Source: Candidatus Latescibacterota bacterium (GTDB lineage: Bacteria > Latescibacterota > CBDEFO01). From it: 64,000 nucleotides of DNA. This document shows positions 57,881 through 64,000 of the stretch, piece after piece; position 1 is the first letter of the stretch, and every line of letters begins with the position of its first letter. The notes under the pieces were generated by a model. It had not been told where the DNA came from. It made no database searches and saw only the letters and a list, made by a program, of their open reading frames with translations. The position numbers and the translations under genes were made by a program. The stretch spans positions 3,520,001 to 3,584,000 of the forward strand of contig OZ252149.1 of the NCBI GenBank assembly GCA_965248755.1, read 5' to 3'.

Positions 57881-58612
57881 ATGAAAGATCACCAGGACGC
57901 ATTCGGCCATGGAATGTACGACTACTTTGAGGGTGAAGGTGGTCTTGAAATCGTAGAAAGAGACGATGGCTGTTTCGATGGCACTGGAGGTCCCAAGGCA
58001 TATTTCTCTAAATATAAGGATTGGTCTGGTCATCAGAGAAAAGCAATGAGATTTGTTAAGGGTAAAGTGCTGGACATTGGATGCGGTGCCGGCAGACATT
58101 CTCTGTATCTTCAGGGCAAGGGATTCGATGTTATGGGGGTGGATACTTCTCCCCTGGCAGTAGAAGTCTGCAGAAGGAGAGGGATAGAAAATGTGAGAGT
58201 ACTGTCTATCACTCAAATTGGCTCTAAGTTGGGTACTTTTGAAACTATTCTTATGTTAGGGAATAACTTCGGTCTATTCGGGAGCGCGAAGAGGGCAAAA
58301 TGGTTGTTGGGGAGATTTCACAAAATAACTTCAGAAAATGGAAGGATAATCGCAGAAAGTAGAGACTTATATAAAACGGAGCGTCGGGAACATTTAGAAT
58401 ACCACGAACTTAACAGAAAAAGAGGCAGAATCCCGGGACAAGTAAGAATTAGGGTAAGATACAGGAAATATGTTACCCCGTGGCTTGACTACCTTATTGT
58501 TTCAAAAGAGGAGATGGAGGCTATTCTTTCGGACACCGGTTGGAAGGTCAAGAGATTTATTGATTCGGTGGGTTCTGCTTACATTGCAGTTATCGAAAAG
58601 GAAAGGGGATGA
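57881..58612 (+). CDS. Class I SAM-dependent methyltransferase
   Basis: VLDIGCGAGRHSLYLQ, GVDTSP, MLGNNFG. Confidence 0.88.
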   Translation: MKDHQDAFGHGMYDYFEGEGGLEIVERDDGCFDGTGGPKAYFSKYKDWSGHQRKAMRFVKGKVLDIGCGAGRHSLYLQGKGFDVMGVDTSPLAVEVCRRRGIENVRVLSITQIGSKLGTFETILMLGNNFGLFGSAKRAKWLLGRFHKITSENGRIIAESRDLYKTERREHLEYHELNRKRGRIPGQVRIRVRYRKYVTPWLDYLIVSKEEMEAILSDTGWKVKRFIDSVGSAYIAVIEKERG

Positions 58613-58615
58613 AAG

Positions 58616-59701
58616 ATGATAGGTCTGACGAGTTTGGCGTCTCTGCCGAAACTGCGGGATTACACCAGTCATCGCGTCTCCAGCTACGATGTTACGGGCG
58701 GCAACAGAGATGCCTGGCGCATCGAACCCGGGACGAAAAGGGTTGTTGCAGAGATCGAAGGCCCCGCCTGCATTAAGCATGTCTGGATGACGCTCGGTAT
58801 CCCAAACGAAGATTACTGCAGGCGCATCGTCCTGCGTATGTACTGGGACGACTGCAAGGATCCGAGTGTGGAATGTCCGATAGGGGACTTTTTTGGATTG
58901 GGTCACGGAATGCGAAAGAACTTCATAACTTTGCCGCTCCAGATGAGTCCTGAAGATGGCAAGGGCTTTAACTCCTGGTGGCCGATGCCGTTCAAGAGTA
59001 AGGTGATTGTAGAGGTGGAAAATCAGGGCCAGGAGACCTACGCGCACTACTTCTACATCGACTACGAGCGATATCCGGACCCGGAATCTGTGGCGGACTT
59101 ATCGTACTTCCACGTCCAGTGGAGACGCGAGGCGAACACTGCAGGATGGGCCTACGAAGAGGGTCTCAAGCCAGATGAAATCTGGAAAGACTCCCGAATT
59201 CTGAACAAGGAAGGGAAGGAGAACTATATCATCTGCGATGTTGAGGGCGATGGCATCTACTGCGGAGCTCATCTGGATATAGACTGCTTTCAGCGGAATC
59301 CGAACGATTGGTACGGTGAAGGCGATGACATGATCTTTATAGACGGCGAGGAATGGCCTCCGTCGCTTCACGGCACGGGGACTGAAGATTGGTACCACTG
59401 CGCCTATTGCCCCACTCAGGAATACAATTCCCCTTACTATGGAGTTATCCTTTACAGCGGGAATCCCGACTGGCCATGGAAGGGTAAGAACACGGTCTAT
59501 CGCTATCATATCGAAGACCCGATACGCTTTCAGAAGAGCATAAATATAAGCATCGAGCACGGACACGCAAATAAATTGAGCAACGATTATTCCAGCACTG
59601 CTTACTACTATCTATCAAGGCCTCGAAGGGGAGGCTCTAAGTTGCCCGCGGTTCGTGAAAGGCTTCCTCGTCCCAGTGAGGATATATACGAGGGCAAATG
59701 A
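58616..59701 (+). CDS. DUF2961 / glycoside hydrolase family 172 protein
   Basis: SSYDVTGGNRD, LRMYWD, PIGDFFG, WYGEGDDMIFIDGE, GTGTEDW, YRYHIEDPIRF, IEHGH. Confidence 0.9.
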   Translation: MIGLTSLASLPKLRDYTSHRVSSYDVTGGNRDAWRIEPGTKRVVAEIEGPACIKHVWMTLGIPNEDYCRRIVLRMYWDDCKDPSVECPIGDFFGLGHGMRKNFITLPLQMSPEDGKGFNSWWPMPFKSKVIVEVENQGQETYAHYFYIDYERYPDPESVADLSYFHVQWRREANTAGWAYEEGLKPDEIWKDSRILNKEGKENYIICDVEGDGIYCGAHLDIDCFQRNPNDWYGEGDDMIFIDGEEWPPSLHGTGTEDWYHCAYCPTQEYNSPYYGVILYSGNPDWPWKGKNTVYRYHIEDPIRFQKSINISIEHGHANKLSNDYSSTAYYYLSRPRRGGSKLPAVRERLPRPSEDIYEGK

Positions 59702-59759
59702 ATAAGAACTTAGCGGAGTTCGGAGGGCCGCAGCCCTGCGTTGACTCGTGAGAAAAATA

Positions 59760-59788
59760 TTGACATAGGCTGGTAGATTTATCATATT
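59760..59788 (+). promoter_or_regulatory. sigma70 promoter of tRNA-Met
   Basis: TTGACA-N17-CATATT just upstream of the tRNA. Confidence 0.55.
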
Positions 59789-59802
59789 TAAATTTGAATG
59801 AC

Positions 59803-59879
59803 GGCGGTGTAGCTCAGCTGGTTAGAGCAGAGGAATCATAATCCTCGTGTCGGGGGTTCGAGTCCCTCCACCGCTACCA
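59803..59879 (+). tRNA. tRNA-Met (CAT), probably elongator
   Basis: GGCGGTGTAGCTCAGCTGGTTAGAGCAGAGGAAT-CAT-AATCCTCGTGTCGGGGGTTCGAGTCCCTCCACCGCTACCA; lacks the initiator C1:A72 mismatch and GGG/CCC anticodon stem. Confidence 0.93.
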
Positions 59880-59892
59880 ACAACGTACGATG

Positions 59893-59927
59893 AAAAGCCC
59901 GCAAAATCATAGACTTGCGGGCTTTTT
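59893..59927 (+). terminator. Intrinsic terminator after tRNA-Met
   Basis: AAAAGCCCGCAA...TTGCGGGCTTTTT. Confidence 0.8.
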
Positions 59928-60325
59928 ATGTTTATTCTCCATTGAAGCGCTAGCATCATCCAACGAGTGTACTAATGGAACTGATAGGGCTAAATATACA
60001 GACCAAGATAACCCCCTGAGGCCCCGTGCTGGTTGTGATTTTACTTGATTTCTACATATCAGACGGATATATTATCCGATGTGCTCGAAGTAAGTGTCCG
60101 TGTATGTGTGAAACACAAGGCAGAGGAGGCATAAGACTGTAGAAGATCATTAAATGAATGATCTTCGGCAATCTCGACGAACATATAGAGACGGAACTTT
60201 CTGAAGGGAGATATCGCTACTGCAACGACTATCTCTTTGGGAGTTTAGCCTGTGATAGAGCCTGAGTACAGACCGAGGTGCTCGTTCTGATACTGAATCC
60301 AAATATCAAAAGGAGGTACTTCATA

Positions 60326-61201
60326 ATGTCACAAGGTTTACCTACCGCAATTCTAGGACGCACTGAACTGAAGGTGACTCGCCTGGGCTTTGGTGCCTGG
60401 GATAGGCGACCATGGACAGATGATAACTCCAAGGCCATCTTCAACGCAGTACTGGATTCCGGAATCAACTTCATAGATACCGCCAGTGACTATGGTCGCA
60501 GTGAAGAGTTCATCGGCAAATGTATTTCCCACCGGAGATCAGAATACTATTTGGCAACCAAGTGCGGCTGTCACCCGGATGGGCATATTTGGACGAAGGA
60601 GAACCTCTTTCGGGGCTTGCAGGAGAGCCTGCAGCGTCTGAGAACCGACTATATAGACTTGATACAGCCCCACAACCCGTCGGTGCAGCAGTGCGAGGAA
60701 GGTAACCTGGTCGAGGCGCTGCAAGAGATGCGGCAGCAGGGAAAGGTGCGCTGGATCGGCATCTCCACCACTCTCCCCGATTTACCTACCTATCTTTCGT
60801 GGGGTGTCTTCGATACATTCCAGATACCGTATTCAGCTCTTGAGCGGAAGCACGAAGCTTGGATCACCAAGGCCTCAGAAGCCGGGATAGGTACCATTAT
60901 CCGAGGTGGAGTGGCAAGTGGTGAACCGGGGGTAGGTTCAGGCTCTGCCGCGCAGTGGGGCAGTTTTGACGAAGCGAAGTTGGATGAATTACGGGAGGAA
61001 GGCGAGAACCACACTGCCTTCATGCTGCGGTTTACGCTTGCACATTCCCAGATAAGCACTATTATCGTGGGCACCCAGAATCCTGAACACCTTCAGGAGA
61101 ACATAGGCACCGTGCTGAAAGGCCCCCTGTCTCCGGATGTTTATGTGGAAGCGAAACGCCGCCTGGATGGTGTCGGTTTGACGCCGTCGCAGGTGTCGTG
61201 A
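60326..61201 (+). CDS. Aldo/keto reductase
   Basis: LGRTELKVTRLGFG, GINFIDTASDYG, LATKCG, SLQRLRTDYIDL, GKVRWIGIS. Confidence 0.92.
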   Translation: MSQGLPTAILGRTELKVTRLGFGAWDRRPWTDDNSKAIFNAVLDSGINFIDTASDYGRSEEFIGKCISHRRSEYYLATKCGCHPDGHIWTKENLFRGLQESLQRLRTDYIDLIQPHNPSVQQCEEGNLVEALQEMRQQGKVRWIGISTTLPDLPTYLSWGVFDTFQIPYSALERKHEAWITKASEAGIGTIIRGGVASGEPGVGSGSAAQWGSFDEAKLDELREEGENHTAFMLRFTLAHSQISTIIVGTQNPEHLQENIGTVLKGPLSPDVYVEAKRRLDGVGLTPSQVS

Positions 61202-61523
61202 ATATGCATAGTGTTCACGAGACTCACAGGATGTAATATAGAGTTGCAAGTGTCCTGAAGGTCGCCGTGAGGGATCATGCCCTATTAGGTTTGGGGGCGT
61301 TGTGAGCTGTAGACATCACCAGCGCGCGACGGTCAAGAGGAACTGACGATCCGAGAACGTGACTGGATAAGGAAGTCTGCTGATAAAGTAGAGTTGAATT
61401 ATGGATCAGAAGTTCAGATGGAAGTCCACAGTCTGATTCTAAAGTTCCCTTCTTATTGAGAGCGATACTCAAAAGGAAGCCAGATGCCGCATCAGAGCGT
61501 GACCGCCAAATTAGGAAAAGTAC

Positions 61524-62561
61524 ATGAAAAATGTCAGTTCCCGGAAACTGGGTATCTGTGTGATCGGTCTGGGGACGGGTTATACCCATGCCGGGCATTT
61601 CAGTGATATGGAAGATGTGGACCTGTATGTCTATGATATTGATCCAGTCAAAGTTCAACGGGCACAACAAGAACTAAAGGTTGTTGGGGCCTTTTCTTCG
61701 ATTGACGAGGTTTTGGCATCGGATCTTATCGATGCCGTGGGTGTCGTGCTGCCACATCATCTGCACTGTCCCGTAGCTGTGCAGGCAGCGGAAGCAGGAA
61801 AGCACTGCATGACGGGAAAGCCGATGGCCCTGAACCTATCTGAAGCCGACACCATGTTAAAGGCTGCTGACCTGGCGGGAACTCGCCTGGCTGTCGCCGA
61901 GAACTATCAGTTCCAGCCTGACAGTACAGAGGCATATCGGCTGATCGATGCTGGTTTGATCGGCACAGTTTTTATGGTACGTGTGCATGAGTTATGGCGC
62001 ATAGGCCCCCGGCCGGATTCGTGGTGGTTTCAGCGTGAGACTGCCGGTGGAGGGAGCCTTATGAGCCTGGGTATACATTCGGTTCGGACGCTGCGGTCAC
62101 TGGCAGGTAGTCGAGCCGATCGAGTCTTCGCCCTCTTTGCCGACAGAGTAAGCCCAGAACTCTTTCTGGAAGGGGAAGACACTTCACTGCTTTCAGTAAA
62201 GTTTGAGAATGGGGTCATCGGGAATATGGTGATAAGTTGGGCGACTTCCCACCCCGGTCCTGGACCTCGTTTTGCAGTCTACGGTACGGATGGCTCGATT
62301 ATTTCGGAGGGTCAGGATGCCCTCTTAATCCATTCTCGTGGAATCGAGGGAGTTGGACCGGCCGAGGGTGAGTTGCGTATCGACCTGAGCGGACATCGGC
62401 ATCAGGACGGATTTGCGGTCGAGTGTCGGGAGTTTGTAGAATGGATCCAGACGGACAAAGAATCGCCGATAGACGCTCAAGAAGGAAGAAAGGATCTGGA
62501 GATTGTAGAAGCGGCCTATCGATCGGCAATGTCAGAGGAAGCGGTACGTCTCCCGTTGTAA
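61524..62561 (+). CDS. Gfo/Idh/MocA family oxidoreductase
   Basis: VIGLG, PHHLH, AGKHCMTGKPMA, GGGSLMSLGIH, AAYRSA. Confidence 0.9.
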   Translation: MKNVSSRKLGICVIGLGTGYTHAGHFSDMEDVDLYVYDIDPVKVQRAQQELKVVGAFSSIDEVLASDLIDAVGVVLPHHLHCPVAVQAAEAGKHCMTGKPMALNLSEADTMLKAADLAGTRLAVAENYQFQPDSTEAYRLIDAGLIGTVFMVRVHELWRIGPRPDSWWFQRETAGGGSLMSLGIHSVRTLRSLAGSRADRVFALFADRVSPELFLEGEDTSLLSVKFENGVIGNMVISWATSHPGPGPRFAVYGTDGSIISEGQDALLIHSRGIEGVGPAEGELRIDLSGHRHQDGFAVECREFVEWIQTDKESPIDAQEGRKDLEIVEAAYRSAMSEEAVRLPL

Positions 62562-62678
62562 TGATCACTGACAAGAAGGATTGCAATTCCCTTGTTGACC
62601 ATCTGTTGGCCGCCTTCGGCTACTTCAGGATACCCGCAATCATGAAATCAATACTGTTCTCAGGTTCAGGAGGGAAGG

Positions 62679-63635
62679 ATGCCATTTCGGAGATTTGGAA
62701 AGACGGATTTAGAGGTATCGGAAATCTGTTTTGGTCCGATGCGGTTTGCGGCCACGGAGCCGGGTCATGACGACAGGTCAAATACCGGACAACGGGCTCT
62801 GGCAAGAGCCATCGAGCGGGGCGTTAATTTCATCCATTCGAGCTACGAGTACGGAACTCGTTGGGCAGTCGGACAGGTTCTGAAGGATCATCCGAAGCGG
62901 AAAGAGCTTCATCATATCATCAAAGTGCCGGTGCCCGATTTCGAAGACGGCGGAACATTTCATGCCGACAAGTTCAGATTGCGGGTAGAAGAAGCACTGC
63001 GGGATCTTCACGCGGATCGTATCGCGGTAGTGCAGCACTTGCAGAGATCCAATCCGAACACGGATGAACTCAGGGTTCCAAATTTAGAGGTAATTTGTGA
63101 GCCTATGCTGGAGATATTCGAGAAATTAAAAGGGGAAGGGAAGGTCGGTTACCTGACGACCTTCCCCTATACCCCTGGATTTGCATCCCCGGCTCTGAAA
63201 ACCGACACTTTCAGCGGGATGGTGGCTTACTACAACCCGATCGAAATGGAGATGGCCGAATTTTTCTCAGAGATGCAGGCGAAGGGCCATGGGTTCTTCT
63301 GTATTCGGCCCTTTATGGGCGGCTTGCTCACGGACAGGAGGGCCTCCCGCAGCCAATTGCCGAAAGGCGATCGTATGTTTACAGATAATTGGGATCATGC
63401 CTACGAAAGGTTGGAGATGTTAAAGGCTGCTTTTGCCGGGGAAAAAGAATCGTGGACCGAGTTCGCGATCAAATTTGCCCTGATCCATCCCATCGTAAGC
63501 AGTGTAATAGTAGGCCTGAATACTCCGGAGCAGGTGGACGAAGTCCTGGATGCGGCGGATGGAAATTATCCCGATCAAAAGATATTCCAGAAGGCGCTGG
63601 AGATTTTTAACGGGCATGGCCTTGTATCCAGCTAA
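62679..63635 (+). CDS. Aldo/keto reductase family protein (divergent)
   Basis: RRFGKTDLEVSEICFG, GVNFIHSSYEYG, EGKVG, RPFMGGLLT, SSVIVG. Confidence 0.85.
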   Translation: MPFRRFGKTDLEVSEICFGPMRFAATEPGHDDRSNTGQRALARAIERGVNFIHSSYEYGTRWAVGQVLKDHPKRKELHHIIKVPVPDFEDGGTFHADKFRLRVEEALRDLHADRIAVVQHLQRSNPNTDELRVPNLEVICEPMLEIFEKLKGEGKVGYLTTFPYTPGFASPALKTDTFSGMVAYYNPIEMEMAEFFSEMQAKGHGFFCIRPFMGGLLTDRRASRSQLPKGDRMFTDNWDHAYERLEMLKAAFAGEKESWTEFAIKFALIHPIVSSVIVGLNTPEQVDEVLDAADGNYPDQKIFQKALEIFNGHGLVSS

Positions 63636-64000
63636 GTAGATTGACAAAGCCTCTGGGTTATATTAAGTTCGTAGAAAGGTGAAGTTACTTCAGGATTTTG
63701 CCCCTCATAATGACAAAAGCCCCTGCAACGTCATTTAACGCAAAGCGAAGCAATATCCCTTAGGTTGCCTCTCCCGCTATCCTGTCTAGTATCTTGGTTC
63801 TCTTTAATCTTGTCCACACTATTTTGACCCGACAGTTAAGCGCTTATAGGAAGCATCCATAACAGATTGCAACGAGACCTTTATAACAAACAGAGGTTGG
63901 CCTACCGCTGACAAATCCGCTAGTAGGCCGCAAACACAAACATAGACTTGGAACTGGAGGTTGATCATGCAGACGGAGCTACCGAAAGAGGCCCTTGGGA

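Noticed and set aside
63880..63950. Second attC-like site
   Set aside because: It has TAAC and a GGCCTAC/GTAGGCC hairpin but no matching GTT core.
1..64000. CRISPR array or cas genes
   Set aside because: No regularly spaced direct repeats with unique spacers were seen; the repeats are dispersed palindromes, and no Cas motifs were recognised.
63967..64000. ORF start at the window end (MQTELPKEALG after GGAGG)
   Set aside because: Probably a real start, but too short to assign a product.

Overview
Bacterial chromosome segment; the FlgD-Ig-tailed secreted proteins and gene content suggest the FCB group, possibly Ca. Latescibacterota (inference only). Layout: (1) 1-4.7 kb, two large paralogous secreted proteins with FlgD-Ig/T9SS-like C-termini. 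(2) About 4.7-31.5 kb, a decaying accessory region ending at the 3' end of tRNA-Lys(CTT). It holds sugar and small-molecule catabolic genes (DHDPS/NanA-like aldolase, AGE epimerase, nitrilase, four Asp-box beta-propellers, phosphoesterases), three segmental duplications, many gene fragments, a lone attC-like site and an IS1380. (3) An IS3-family element and a sigma28-driven flagellin split by one in-frame TAG. (4) A housekeeping block: thrS-infC-rpmI-rplT-pheS-pheT-zapB-zapA-6S RNA-rny-ymdB-xseA-xseB-nadK-recN-DUF309-ppdK-ilvD. (5) A stand-alone TIR-like gene, two methyltransferases, GH172/DUF2961, tRNA-Met and oxidoreductases. The most striking unexplained signal is a family of 19-24 bp hairpins (CCCCGAT-N3-7-ATCGGGG, about 14 copies). 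They show compensatory base changes, nest inside each other and inside other REP-like repeats, are present or absent between paralogous copies (one with a flanking direct repeat), and one lies in-frame inside the essential gene pheS. This looks like an ultra-short mobile element. All calls come from reading the sequence by eye; no searches were run.
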